Source of the DNA: an uncultured bacterium
GTDB lineage: Bacteria; Pseudomonadota; Alphaproteobacteria; Rhodospirillales; Rhodospirillaceae
Assembly (NCBI GenBank): GCA_903896775.1
Contig: CAITZE010000080.1
Location: 1-36,213, forward strand
Reading direction: 5' to 3'
Length of the DNA stretch: 36,213 nt
Positions 8,515-17,507 of this stretch are shown piece after piece (the stretch's first letter is position 1; each line of letters opens with the position of its first letter). The notes under the pieces were generated by a model. It ran no database searches. It was given only the letters and a program-made list of their open reading frames with translations, and had not been told where the DNA came from. The position numbers and the translations under genes are program-made.

Positions 8515-9020
8515 CAGCCGGCTATCTGTGTTCCTTGTAAATTATTGACCGTCACGGTGCCGGCCGGATATCCGGACGGCGGAACACGTACCATCTCGCC
8601 TGAATTTTGTAAGTTTGCTGTCCCGATGGCATAGGAGATACGCGTGCCAAAGCCGTCGGTCACATCAGCTTCGGACAGGCCTAAGTTTACCCACGGCACA
8701 ACGCCTCGAACATTGTCGCAATTCGTCGGCGCTGCGGGGCAGCCCGTGTAAACGCCGCCCGCAGCGGCCTGGCCTTCCGTAACCGCGCCAGAGGCGTCAG
8801 CGCCTGTCGCTGGACAAGGCAGGCAGCTATAACGAATGACGTGCAGGATCAAAGCCTGTTCGATCCGGTCGAGCTTTTGGTTGGTCTCTGAAATCTTGCT
8901 GTTTTGAATGACGGGTGCGACAGCCGTCAGTCCACCCGACAACAGCAGGCCGACCACCACCAACACGATTCCCATCTCGATGAGGGTGAACCCCAACGTG
9001 AGCCCGATCCGCTTAACCAT
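8457..9020 (-). CDS. Prepilin-type N-terminal cleavage/methylation domain protein (type IV pilin / pseudopilin-like). The 3' end reads into the ABC remnant.
   Basis: MVKRIGLTLG|FTLIEMGIVLVVVGLLL is a class III signal: short basic leader, Gly at -1, Phe at +1, Glu at +5 and a hydrophobic helix. GGGGA lies 6 nt upstream of ATG 9020, and the 53-aa N-terminal extension in the track (to 9179) is unlikely. The last ~20 codons (8457-8514) overlap the ABC fragment in another frame. Confidence 0.72.
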   Translation of the reverse strand: MVKRIGLTLGFTLIEMGIVLVVVGLLLSGGLTAVAPVIQNSKISETNQKLDRIEQALILHVIRYSCLPCPATGADASGAVTEGQAAAGGVYTGCPAAPTNCDNVRGVVPWVNLGLSEADVTDGFGTRISYAIGTANLQNSGEMVRVPPSGYPAGTVTVNNLQGTQIAGWCALIPRAWAKSLVSSAAF

Positions 9021-9266
9021 TCCAATTCCCCAACCGAGCCGCTCGCGACGACGTCCCTTGGCCCCAAATATCCGGCCGACATCGCGGTGCACCGAAAGGT
9101 ATCCGATCGTCGCAATAGGCGCACGTCTTAAGGCGCGCGTCGCACCGGCGATTGTGGGCGATTTAGGTTTATGACGCAAGCCTAAAACACAGACAGATCA
9201 AAGGGTTATCGTGAAAATCTAGGTTGCAATGGCCGGCTGGCGTGCGCTTTCCGTGTCGGCTGTGGT

Positions 9267-10046
9267 ATGACCCCTTGTATGTGGACCGATATCATCGATC
9301 TGAGGGCGTTTTATGCCGGGCCCCTCGGCCGATTGGTGCGACGTTTGATTTCCCGGCGTCTGCGCCAAATTTGGCCGTCCCTGAGCGGTATGCGAGTCCT
9401 GGGCGTCGGCTTTGCGACGCCATTTCTCACCCGCTTTCAGGGCGAGGCCGAACGCGTTCTGGCCGCCATGCCGGCCGGGCAGGGGGTGATGCACTGGCCC
9501 GATGGCGAGCCCAATCTAGCGGTTTTAGCCGACGAGCAAACTTTGCCCTTTGCCGACCGCTCCATCGACCGTCTGCTGTTGGTCCATTGCTTGGAGGGGA
9601 GCGCCCAACTACGCCCCTTTCTGCGTGAATGCTGGCGCGTATTGGCAGACGGCGGGCGTTTGATCGTTGTTGTTACCAATCGGCGCGGCTTGTGGGCGCG
9701 GGCGGAAAGCGTGCCTTTCGCACAAGGGCGGCCCTATTCCATGGGCCAGATCACGCGATTGCTGCGCGACAATTTGTTTGTGCCTCTGCAGACCACCACC
9801 GCGCTTTTCCTGCCGCCGGTCTGGTGGCGCTTGGTTGGCGCTTGGGCTACGACATTGGATGAATTGGGTGCGCGCTGGTTCCCCACCTTCGCCGGCGCGG
9901 TGATTGTAGAGGCCGAAAAACAAATTTACGCCGCGCCCTTCGATGCAATGCCGGCAAGCGCTAAACGCGCTAAGGTCGTCGTCAAAGCTGCTGGCAACGG
10001 CATGAGCTCTAACGGCGTGACATTACGGGCGAGTCAGGACGAATAG
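9267..10046 (+). CDS. Class I SAM-dependent methyltransferase (Methyltransf_11-like)
   Basis: MRVLGVGFATPFL...FADRSIDRLLLVHCLE...LRECWRVLADGGRLIVVV, giving motifs I, II and III of a Rossmann-fold methyltransferase. The true start may be the ATG at 9279 (MWTDIIDL...). Confidence 0.78.
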   Translation: MTPCMWTDIIDLRAFYAGPLGRLVRRLISRRLRQIWPSLSGMRVLGVGFATPFLTRFQGEAERVLAAMPAGQGVMHWPDGEPNLAVLADEQTLPFADRSIDRLLLVHCLEGSAQLRPFLRECWRVLADGGRLIVVVTNRRGLWARAESVPFAQGRPYSMGQITRLLRDNLFVPLQTTTALFLPPVWWRLVGAWATTLDELGARWFPTFAGAVIVEAEKQIYAAPFDAMPASAKRAKVVVKAAGNGMSSNGVTLRASQDE

Positions 10047-10691
10047 CGCTTGTTCGCTGAATAGATTGGCGCGTTTGCCCGTAGCGGCAAAGCCAAGCCG
10101 CTGCCCTAGGGCATCCAAAGCGAACCCCATTTCGATTTCAACGCGCATCAGGCTGCACAGATCGATGAAATCCAAAACCGTGCAGAGATGGATGTTGGGT
10201 GTATCGAACCAGGCGTCCGACAACATCGGCGTCACCGGCATGCGGCCGCCGAACATCACCGACAGGCGTACACGCCAATGGCCGAAATTCGGGAACAAGA
10301 CGATGGCGCGCCGGCCAACCCGCAGCAATTCTTCCATCACGGCGCGCGGATTATGCGTCGCCTGCAGGGTTTGGCTGAGAATGACGTAGTCGAAAGCGCC
10401 AGCGGGATAATCCTTCAGATCGGTTTCCAAGTTGCCTTGAATGACCGGTAAGCCGTGGCTCACCGCTGCGCGCACCTTGGCCATAGAAAGTTCAAGTCCG
10501 CGTCCATCCACCTGTTTGAAACGCGTGAGATAGGCCAGCAGCGTGCCGTCGCCGCAGCCTACGTCCAGCACGCGGCTACCGGCGGGCACAAGATCGGCAA
10601 CTTGCTGCAGATCGACGCGGATGCGCGGAGGAGGCTTGGCGGCGTCGGGAATATTGACGGCGATGTTCACGATTTCAGCCTTTGATTTCAC
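10023..10691 (-). CDS. metW: Methionine biosynthesis protein MetW
   Basis: [17 protein letters not shown]...VDGRGLELS...[30 protein letters not shown]...PNFGHWRVR...MPVT..L...W.DTPNIH.CT..DF is the classic MetW sequence, directly downstream of metX. The start is GTG 10691 (overlapping metX) or GTG 10670. The track start at 10781 lies inside metX and is rejected. Confidence 0.88.
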   Translation of the reverse strand: MKSKAEIVNIAVNIPDAAKPPPRIRVDLQQVADLVPAGSRVLDVGCGDGTLLAYLTRFKQVDGRGLELSMAKVRAAVSHGLPVIQGNLETDLKDYPAGAFDYVILSQTLQATHNPRAVMEELLRVGRRAIVLFPNFGHWRVRLSVMFGGRMPVTPMLSDAWFDTPNIHLCTVLDFIDLCSLMRVEIEMGFALDALGQRLGFAATGKRANLFSEQALFVLTRP

Positions 10692-11850
10692 GCGAGGGCA
10701 GGCCACAAATTTCGGCCGAACCGTCGATGAAGCCCTGCAAGGTTTGATGGAAGTCGGGTTCGTCCAGCAAGAAAGCGTCATGACCCTTGTCGGATTCCAC
10801 CTCTACGAAGCTGACATTCGCGGCCACGGCGTTCAGGGCGCGCACGATGGCGCGGCTTTCTTCCGTGGGAAACAGCCAGTCGGACGAAAACGAAACCAAA
10901 CAGTAGCGTACGCGTGTGCCCTTGAAGGCGTTCGACAAAATCCCATCGTTCTCCTGCGCCAAATCGAAGTAGTCCATAGCGCGAGTGATGTAGAGGTAGG
11001 AATTAGCGTCGAAACGGTCGACGAAAGTAGAACCCTGGTAGCGTAAATAGCTTTCAACCTGAAAGTCGGCGTCGAAGCCGTAGGTCAAGGTTTCACGATC
11101 CTGCAGGCGGCGGCCGAACTTCCGATGCAGCGCGGCTTCCGAAAGATATGTGATATGCGCGGCCATGCGCGCGACGGCGAGGCCGCGCTTCGGGATCTTG
11201 TTTTCGGCGAGGTAATTGCCGTGGCACCAATCGGGATCGGCCATGATCGCTTGGCGGCCAACCTCGTGGAACGCGATGTTCTGGGCCGAATGACGATAGG
11301 AACCGGCAATGGGAACGGCTGCGAAAACACGCTCGGGAAACCGATTAGCCCACTCCAGCACCTGCATGGCGCCCATGGATCCGCCCATAACGCAGAACAG
11401 TTTATCGATGCCGAGGTAATCCAAAAGCTTGGCTTGCGCCTGAACCATGTCGCGGATTGTGATGACCGGGAACTCAAGCCCCCACGGTTTGCGCGTTGCC
11501 GGATTGATTTCCTTTGGGCCCGTAGACCCCATGCAGCCGCCCAAGACATTGGAGCACACTACGAAGAACCGGTTGGTATCGATCACTTTGCCGGGCCCGA
11601 CCAAGTCATCCCACCAGCCGGGCTTTCCGTTCACGGGGTGGACACCGGCAAGATACTGGTCTCCCGTCAAAGCGTGGCAGATCAAAACGCAGTTGGAGCG
11701 GGCAGCGTTGAGCGTGCCATAGGTCTGATACGCCAGGGTGACCGGCGACAACGTCACGCCTGACTGGAGAACCAGGGGGCTCTCCAGAGTTAATTTCAGG
11801 TCTTGGGCTGGCGGAAGCGGGGCCAGCTCGGGTGCGATATCAGGCGCCAT
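10675..11850 (-). CDS. metX: Homoserine O-acetyltransferase MetX
   Basis: LESG..L.PV.LAYQTYG.LN...[12 protein letters not shown]....GWWD.LVGPGK.IDT.RFFV.CSN.LG.C.GSTGP...[11 protein letters not shown]....P......GHDAFL, with the alpha/beta-hydrolase nucleophile motif GGSMG. The ATG at 11850 (MAPDIAPE...) is preferred over the TTG at 11931 used by the track. Confidence 0.92.
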   Translation of the reverse strand: MAPDIAPELAPLPPAQDLKLTLESPLVLQSGVTLSPVTLAYQTYGTLNAARSNCVLICHALTGDQYLAGVHPVNGKPGWWDDLVGPGKVIDTNRFFVVCSNVLGGCMGSTGPKEINPATRKPWGLEFPVITIRDMVQAQAKLLDYLGIDKLFCVMGGSMGAMQVLEWANRFPERVFAAVPIAGSYRHSAQNIAFHEVGRQAIMADPDWCHGNYLAENKIPKRGLAVARMAAHITYLSEAALHRKFGRRLQDRETLTYGFDADFQVESYLRYQGSTFVDRFDANSYLYITRAMDYFDLAQENDGILSNAFKGTRVRYCLVSFSSDWLFPTEESRAIVRALNAVAANVSFVEVESDKGHDAFLLDEPDFHQTLQGFIDGSAEICGLPSREIKG

Positions 11851-11863
11851 GGCGCGGAAAACG

Positions 11864-11940
11864 TCCTTCCTTGCAGCTTCTGGTCCATACCGAGGCCGGG
11901 ATTCGGTGTGGCTTGCCGCAAACCCAGCCAAAACACCTCC
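11864..11940 (-). promoter_or_regulatory. Candidate hairpin plus pseudoknot leader of metX (SAM-II / SAM-V-like riboswitch candidate, unverified)
   Basis: The minus-strand RNA GGUGU-UUU-GGCU[GGGUUUGCGGCA]AGCC-ACACC forms a hairpin (11937-11905). The loop segment UUGCGGC (11921-11915) can pair with GCUGCAA (11877-11871), which lies immediately 5' of the GGAAGGA Shine-Dalgarno sequence (11870-11864). SAM-II elements are known upstream of metX/metA in Alphaproteobacteria, but the spacing here is non-canonical. Confidence 0.25.
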
Positions 11941-12056
11941 GGGAAGCAGCTATGTCAATGTTTTCTTTGATTTTGGACCCCTGGGCAACTATGACTCGGG
12001 CCCGTTTGGCAGCGTTCTGGCTGCCGGCGACGATCAGTCAAAGAGATGGGCGCACC

Positions 12057-13157
12057 ATGGCGCTGCCGCAACCCCGTCCCGGGGTACTGAGCATACCGCT
12101 TTATGAAGCCGGGAAATCCCAGATCAAAGGGGCTGCCCGAATCATAAAGCTGTCATCTAATGAAGCCGCCTTGGGACCCAGTCCCAAAGCGTTAGCGGCC
12201 TATAACGCGGCGTCAGCCACGTTAGAGCGCTACCCGGTTCCCGATTCCGGCGAACTGCGGGCTGCCATCGCCGAGGTTCATGGTCTCGACGCCGCGCGTA
12301 TTATTTGCGGCTGCGGCTCTGATGAGATGTTTGCGCTTTTGTGCCGCGCTTATGCCGGGCCGGGTGATGAAATTATTCACACACAATATGGCTTTTCCAT
12401 TTTCGCTATTTATGCGCGGAGTGTAGGTGCGACCCCGGTTGCGGCACCCGAAACCGATCTGACTGCCGATGTCGATGCGATCCTCGCAGTCGTCACACCC
12501 AACACACGGCTCGTCTTCTTGGCGAATCCCAATAATCCTACTGGCACCTATTTGCCTGGCGCTGAAGTTGCGCGGCTTCGCGCGGGCCTGCGCGAGGACA
12601 TCGTCCTCGTTCTCGACGGGGCCTATGCCGAATTCGCCGACGCATCGGACTTCGACGGTGGCTTTGGTCTCGCGCGCGATACGACAAATACGGTTGTGAC
12701 GCGGACGTTTTCCAAGATCTATGGTTTGGCGGCGCAGCGTTTAGGTTGGGCCTTCGGGCCTAAAGCCATTACCGACGTCATGGAGCGCTTGCGCGCGCCG
12801 TTCAATGTCACGAAATCGGCGCAGATTGCCGGTGTCGCAGCGGTGCGCGATCAAGAGCATGTCGCCAAAGCGAAAGCGCACAATACGAAATGGCGAAGTG
12901 TTGCTTTGCAGCGCTTGCGCGGGGTTGGACTCAAAGTGCGCGAGAGTGCAGGCAATTTTCTTTTGCCGGAATTCCCGACAACGCCCGGACGTACAGCGGA
13001 CGACGCCGATGCTTTTTTACAATCGCGAGGGCTGATCGTGCGTCGCGTCAGTGGTTACGGCTTGCCCAATCACCTGCGTATTACGATCGCTAATGAAGAA
13101 GAGATGACGGCTGTGTTGGACGCCCTCACGACTTTCATGGAAGGCCGTCATGCCTAA
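12057..13157 (+). CDS. hisC: Histidinol-phosphate aminotransferase
   Basis: MALPQPRPGVLSIPLYEAGKS...IKLSSNEAALGPSP...NPNNPTGTY...VLDGAYAEF...RTFSKIYGLA..RLGW...LRIT, with the PLP-lysine motif SK. The ATG at 12057 fits the family N-terminus, and the track start at 11832 overlaps metX and is rejected. Confidence 0.9.
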   Translation: MALPQPRPGVLSIPLYEAGKSQIKGAARIIKLSSNEAALGPSPKALAAYNAASATLERYPVPDSGELRAAIAEVHGLDAARIICGCGSDEMFALLCRAYAGPGDEIIHTQYGFSIFAIYARSVGATPVAAPETDLTADVDAILAVVTPNTRLVFLANPNNPTGTYLPGAEVARLRAGLREDIVLVLDGAYAEFADASDFDGGFGLARDTTNTVVTRTFSKIYGLAAQRLGWAFGPKAITDVMERLRAPFNVTKSAQIAGVAAVRDQEHVAKAKAHNTKWRSVALQRLRGVGLKVRESAGNFLLPEFPTTPGRTADDADAFLQSRGLIVRRVSGYGLPNHLRITIANEEEMTAVLDALTTFMEGRHA

Positions 13158-14058
13158 GACGAAAAGTTCAGCCAAAAAAGCCGTGCTGTTTAATCGCATC
13201 GCTTTCATCGGGATCGGTCATATTGGGTCGTCGATGGCTTTGGCCATACGCTGCGCCGGATTGGCCGGCTCGATCATCGCCTGCGATCGCAGCGCAACGG
13301 CGCGAAAGACGGCTCTGAAGCTGAAGGTCGTCGATGAAGTGACTGCCGACATCGCCAAAGCCGTGAAGAATGCGGATCTTGTCGTCATCGCGACGCCTGT
13401 CGGCACCAATGGCGCTATCGCCAAAGCCATGGCCCCATACTTGAAGCCGGGCGCTATTGTCACGGATGTCGGCTCGGTAAAGCAGGAAGTCATCGCAGCG
13501 GTCGCTCCGCATATTCCGAAGGGCGTTACCTTTGTGCCGGGGCATCCTTTGGCGGGTACCGAACATTCCGGACCTGAGTCGGGTTTTGCAGAGTTGTTCG
13601 ATGGCCGTTGGGCCGTATTGACGCCGTTGCCGCGCACGCCCGCAAAGGCGCTCGCGCAAGTCACGGCCCTATGGAAGCGCATTGGTGCAAAAGTCGACAC
13701 CATGAAGCCGGATCATCATGACATGGTGCTGGCCATTACGTCGCATCTGCCGCATCTCTGCGCCTTTACCGTTGTAGGCACCGCGACGGATTTGGCGGGA
13801 GACCTGAAACAGGAAGTGATCAAGTATTCCGCGTCCGGCTTCCGCGATTTCACACGTGTTGCCGCGTCAGACCCCGTGATGTGGCGCGACATATTTCTCA
13901 GCAATCGCGAAGCCGTGCTGAATATCCTGCAACGCTTCACCGAAGATCTTGCCGGTATGCAAAAGCATATTCGCCGGGGCGACGGCGAGGCGCTTGAGAA
14001 AATATTCACGCGCACGCGCGCTATCCGCCGCAGCATCATCGAAGCAAAACAGGCTTAA
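13150..14058 (+). CDS. tyrC: Prephenate/arogenate (cyclohexadienyl) dehydrogenase
   Basis: NAD-binding IAFIGIGHIGSS and catalytic-region GHPLAGTEHSGPESGF..LF. Overlaps the hisC stop by 8 nt, and hisC-tyrC is a conserved alphaproteobacterial pair. Confidence 0.88.
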   Translation: MPKTKSSAKKAVLFNRIAFIGIGHIGSSMALAIRCAGLAGSIIACDRSATARKTALKLKVVDEVTADIAKAVKNADLVVIATPVGTNGAIAKAMAPYLKPGAIVTDVGSVKQEVIAAVAPHIPKGVTFVPGHPLAGTEHSGPESGFAELFDGRWAVLTPLPRTPAKALAQVTALWKRIGAKVDTMKPDHHDMVLAITSHLPHLCAFTVVGTATDLAGDLKQEVIKYSASGFRDFTRVAASDPVMWRDIFLSNREAVLNILQRFTEDLAGMQKHIRRGDGEALEKIFTRTRAIRRSIIEAKQA

Positions 14059-14059
14059 T

Positions 14060-14719
14060 ATGGCCAACGATCTGCATCTTATTATTGGCAATAAAGCCTA
14101 CTCGTCCTGGTCCATGCGCCCTTGGCTGGCCATGAAAGCGCTGGGCTTAAGTTTTCGCGAGACGGTCATCTGCATCGGTCAGCCCGACACCGGCGAAAAA
14201 ATAAAAACCTATTCTGCCGCTGGAAAAGTGCCGGTGCTGCAACACGGCGATATCACAGTGTGGGAATCCCTAGCGATCCTCGACTATCTGGCTAACGCCT
14301 TTCCTGATCGGCAATGGTGGCCCGCGAACCCGCAGGCGAGCGCCGTCGCGCGTTCTATTTCAGCAGAGATGCATGCCGGGTTCAGAGATATGCGTATCGC
14401 TATGCCGATGAATGTGCGGAAATCTGGTCTTCACGTGGCGCGCGGTGAAGGTATCGACAACGATATCGCACGGATTACGGCGATTTGGCGCGAATGCCGC
14501 ACCAAGTTCGGCGCTGATGGGCCATTCCTGTTTGGCGCGTTTTCCAATGCCGACGCGATGTATGCGCCGGTGGTGACACGTTTTAAGACCTATGGTGTGG
14601 AGTTGGATGCGGCCAGCAACGCTTATAGCAACGCGATCCTCAATCACCCAGCCACGCGCGAATGGTATGCCGGGGCTGCAAGCGAGCCGTGGATTAATCC
14701 CAAATACGAGATTAATTAG
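14060..14719 (+). CDS. Glutathione S-transferase family protein
   Basis: MANDLHLIIGNKAYSSWSMRPWLAMK...GKVPVLQHGDITVWESLAILDYL is a thioredoxin-fold GST N-domain followed by a helical C-domain. The ATG at 14060 lies 2 nt after the tyrC stop, and the track start at 13949 is rejected. Confidence 0.85.
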   Translation: MANDLHLIIGNKAYSSWSMRPWLAMKALGLSFRETVICIGQPDTGEKIKTYSAAGKVPVLQHGDITVWESLAILDYLANAFPDRQWWPANPQASAVARSISAEMHAGFRDMRIAMPMNVRKSGLHVARGEGIDNDIARITAIWRECRTKFGADGPFLFGAFSNADAMYAPVVTRFKTYGVELDAASNAYSNAILNHPATREWYAGAASEPWINPKYEIN

Positions 14720-14755
14720 GCTTGTCTGCGGCGACTTGGGCTCGTACCACAAATC

Positions 14756-15331
14756 ATGAAAATGACGCCGGGCGATCCACCGATTGATCCCAACGACTTC
14801 TGGGTTTTTGGCTATGCCTCGCTAATGTGGCGGCCCGGCTTTCCCTTCGCTGAAGCGCGCGCGGCAACGTTGCACGGTTACGTGCGCGATATGTGTTTCA
14901 TCTCCATTCATTATCGCGGCACGGTGGATGAGCCAGGTCTTGTCTGTGGACTGATGTCAGCATCGGCAGAAAATACATGTCGCGGCCGCGCTTACCGCAT
15001 CGCCCCGGCGGAGATCGAAGCTGCGATCAAATATCTCGATGATCGCGAACTGATCACCAGTATTTACATCCCGCGCCATTTAGAGCTTGTGTTCGACGAT
15101 GGCCGGCGCGTGACGGCACGGGTTTACGTCGCCGACACAGCGCACGAACAATTCGTCGGAAGCTGGTCCGATGATGAAAAGGCCGCCGCTATTGTGCGCG
15201 GCGTCGGCAGCGAAGGGCGCAGCTTGAATTACCTCTCAAGCGTCATGGATCATTTGCGCGAGCTCGGCATCGCCGACGCTCATATGACAGCCTTGTTGAA
15301 TAGAGCCGAGAGGCTTGAGCGCGCGCGCTAA
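14756..15331 (+). CDS. chaC: Gamma-glutamylcyclotransferase, ChaC family
   Basis: FWVFGYASLMWRPGFPF...GL.....G.C.G.AYRI...YLD.RE is the ChaC signature. Confidence 0.85.
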   Translation: MKMTPGDPPIDPNDFWVFGYASLMWRPGFPFAEARAATLHGYVRDMCFISIHYRGTVDEPGLVCGLMSASAENTCRGRAYRIAPAEIEAAIKYLDDRELITSIYIPRHLELVFDDGRRVTARVYVADTAHEQFVGSWSDDEKAAAIVRGVGSEGRSLNYLSSVMDHLRELGIADAHMTALLNRAERLERAR

Positions 15332-15528
15332 GGCGCTTTGCGCTGATTCTGTTTGTGTTTGGCGCTGAGAAAAACGCGCTCGATCAAAATCCAAAAAACC
15401 GCGAGGCCGGCGACGAACAGGGCGACGTCCAAAGACGAGCGAACTTTTATGCCGCTGATCGCCAGCAGCACAAACGCGCACAAGGCAAAAGCCAGGGCTC
15501 TAAACCCCGTGAGCAGCGAACGCTTCAT
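15328..15528 (-). CDS. Small hypothetical membrane protein (2 predicted TM helices)
   Basis: 66 aa with two hydrophobic stretches (ALAFALCAFVLLAI, VALFVAGLAVFWILI) and a basic C-terminus. No family recognised. Confidence 0.45.
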   Translation of the reverse strand: MKRSLLTGFRALAFALCAFVLLAISGIKVRSSLDVALFVAGLAVFWILIERVFLSAKHKQNQRKAP

Positions 15529-15646
15529 CTCCCACCCTCGGTTGAAAATCCGGGCTTATTTTGCTCTCGCCGATGGGCCCAAGCAAGGAAAACCCTCGCA
15601 AGCTTGCCCGCTTGGTACGTGCTTGGATTGGGAGCGGATGGTTGAT

Positions 15647-16039
15647 TTAGGGGCGCGCAACCCGGACGGGCGAATGCATTCGATCCCGGCGTGACGGCTC
15701 TTTTCTACGGCGTGCGTGCGGGAATAGGTTTCGAAGGCCCGCTTTGACAGCTTGAAACCACCACTGCGGCAATACTGCAGCGAGCGCCATAAAAAGAACC
15801 GGACCCACCAAAACCATGCTCAGACTTAAAATGGCGGTCACAATGCTGGACTTGAAATTCCGTGCCGCCATGATCTGTTCAAGGAGCCATTGAAAGCCGC
15901 CAAAGGTCATCAATAAAGCCACGCGGGCTCCGACCGTCAAAAGCAGGGCCCAGGCTATGATGGTCTCGCGACGTCCGGCGACGTGTAAATATTCTTTATT
16001 CACCACAACTCTTTCGTCAGCGATGTGTTCAACATCCAA
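15647..16039 (-). CDS. Hypothetical membrane protein (about 3 TM helices)
   Basis: 130 aa with hydrophobic segments IIAWALLLTVGARVALLMTFGGF and IVTAILSLSMVLVGPVLFMALAAVL. No family recognised. Confidence 0.5.
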   Translation of the reverse strand: MDVEHIADERVVVNKEYLHVAGRRETIIAWALLLTVGARVALLMTFGGFQWLLEQIMAARNFKSSIVTAILSLSMVLVGPVLFMALAAVLPQWWFQAVKAGLRNLFPHARRRKEPSRRDRMHSPVRVARP

Positions 16040-16202
16040 TATGAAATGCTAACCCCGCGATGTGGCTAGGATAGGGCGGTGGTCATGCAAAAATGCTGGA
16101 ACGCGACAGAATAAAGGTGAATAGGGACGGCGGATAAAGGCCTCAATAGAAACGCGGTTCTTCACATTTCGCTCTAAGGCTGCAATCCGTTAAACTCAAT
16201 CC

Positions 16203-16841
16203 ATGCTTGAACTCGCGCTGGCCGCTTTCGCAAACTTTTTCATCACCATCGATCCCATTGGGGTCGTGCCGTTTTTCATCGCCCTGACGGCCGACTTTAG
16301 CCGCGAAACCCGCCGCGCCACGGCTCTGAAAAGCGTGCTAACCGCGACAACAATCTTGTTGGTTTTTACCGTGATCGGGCAACCGCTCTTGCATTATTTG
16401 AGCATCACATTGCCCGCGTTCCGGGTCGCTGGAGGTGTGCTGTTGTTTATGCTGGCGGTCGACATGGTGATGGCGCGGGAGGGGGGCATTCGCGCGCCAA
16501 CGCCCAAGGAGGAAGAGGACACGGCCCATCGCCGTCCTGACGTATCGGTCTTTCCGTTAGCGATCCCTCTCATCGCCGGACCTGGTGCCATTACATCGAC
16601 AATATTGCTGCAGGCTCAAAGTGCGGGCGACCCAATGGCGCAAATCGTCACCGCCGGCGTTATGGTCGGCGTGCTCGCGCTGGTCGCAGCCTGCTTTGTC
16701 GTCGCTGATTCGATTATGGGGTTCTTGGGTCTGACTGGCGTGAACGTGCTGAGCCGGGTGCTGGGTATTGTTCTTGCGGCGCTTGCCGTCAACAATGTCA
16801 TCGAGGGTTTGCGCGCGAGTTTTCCTTTGTGGGGCGGATAA
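16203..16841 (+). CDS. marC: MarC family (UPF0056) integral membrane protein
   Basis: FANFFITIDPIGVVPFFIALT at the N-terminus, plus VFPLAIPLIAGPGAITS and a six-TM layout typical of MarC/NAAT family proteins. Confidence 0.88.
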   Translation: MLELALAAFANFFITIDPIGVVPFFIALTADFSRETRRATALKSVLTATTILLVFTVIGQPLLHYLSITLPAFRVAGGVLLFMLAVDMVMAREGGIRAPTPKEEEDTAHRRPDVSVFPLAIPLIAGPGAITSTILLQAQSAGDPMAQIVTAGVMVGVLALVAACFVVADSIMGFLGLTGVNVLSRVLGIVLAALAVNNVIEGLRASFPLWGG

Positions 16842-16848
16842 CGCCAAC

Positions 16849-17448
16849 ATGACACCCGCCGCACTTTTGAAAATCTACGCAACACCGAGAGGCATTGTTG
16901 TCGCAGTTGCCGCTGCCATAGCCTTGGGTGTCATCTCGCATTTTGTAATGGCCCCGAATTATCGTGACGTCAGCGGCTTTGCACCGTTCGACGTTCAATT
17001 TCCACTGTCGCCTTTTGTGATTGCCGTCGAACTAGGCGGTCACGCCCCAGATTCCGCAACCACTGCCTACTTGCTTTTTGCCGTGGCGGATTTTGCCTAT
17101 GCACTGGCAACGGCAGGGGTGTTCACTCTGCTATGGGCATGGCTGTTTTTTAAAGCGCCTACGCGCTTATTTGCTTTTCTAGCACGGGGGGGCATTCTTA
17201 TGGTGCCGTTCTATGCCGCGATCCTGGACCTCGCTGCGAAGGTTGGATTCTTCAGGTTAGTGCGCGGGCTTGGAGGATCGGCTTACGCTGGGACTGTGGA
17301 ATTCTGTGCCACAATTCATCGGCTGGAATCGGCCCTGCTAGATATCAGATACTATCTAACGGCGGCCTTTCTGTTGATCATAGCAGTGGGATTCCTACTG
17401 AGACAAAGTGCCCGGCGTTCGTCGTCGGGCTCGGCTTTCCTTTCTTAA
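16849..17448 (+). CDS. Hypothetical membrane protein (about 5 TM helices)
   Basis: The ATG at 16849 lies 8 nt after the marC stop. The sequence is hydrophobic throughout and no family was recognised. The track start at 16768 lies inside marC and is rejected. Confidence 0.55.
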   Translation: MTPAALLKIYATPRGIVVAVAAAIALGVISHFVMAPNYRDVSGFAPFDVQFPLSPFVIAVELGGHAPDSATTAYLLFAVADFAYALATAGVFTLLWAWLFFKAPTRLFAFLARGGILMVPFYAAILDLAAKVGFFRLVRGLGGSAYAGTVEFCATIHRLESALLDIRYYLTAAFLLIIAVGFLLRQSARRSSSGSAFLS

Positions 17449-17507
17449 TTTTTATAAGCTAGATTTGCGGCTGGCTGTCGCCACCCGTCGGATAAAGGTT
17501 CTTCAAT

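Noticed and set aside
9021-9179. 53-aa N-terminal extension of the prepilin-type ORF
   Set aside because: Class III signal peptides are short. The ATG at 9020 gives a canonical leader (MVKRIGLTLG|FTLIE) and has a GGGGA Shine-Dalgarno sequence.
4033-9200. Classical tRNA-linked integrative genomic island
   Set aside because: No integrase, recombinase, transposase or IS element is present, and I could not spot a direct repeat of the tRNA 3' end by eye. It is kept only as a weak hypothesis in the findings.
11125-11763. 212-aa + strand ORF inside metX. Similar antisense ORFs lie inside the hydrolase (3155-3718), tyrC (13168-13703), the UPF0104 gene (18526-19317), the GT-C gene (22772-23173) and the rfb genes (33002-33328, 33853-34179, 34312-34802).
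   Set aside because: All lie opposite genes with strong family signatures, have biased low-complexity composition, and show no start context.
11832-12056. N-terminal 75-codon extension of hisC proposed by the track
   Set aside because: It would overlap the metX start region. The family N-terminus (MALPQPRPGVLSIPLYEAGKS) begins at ATG 12057.
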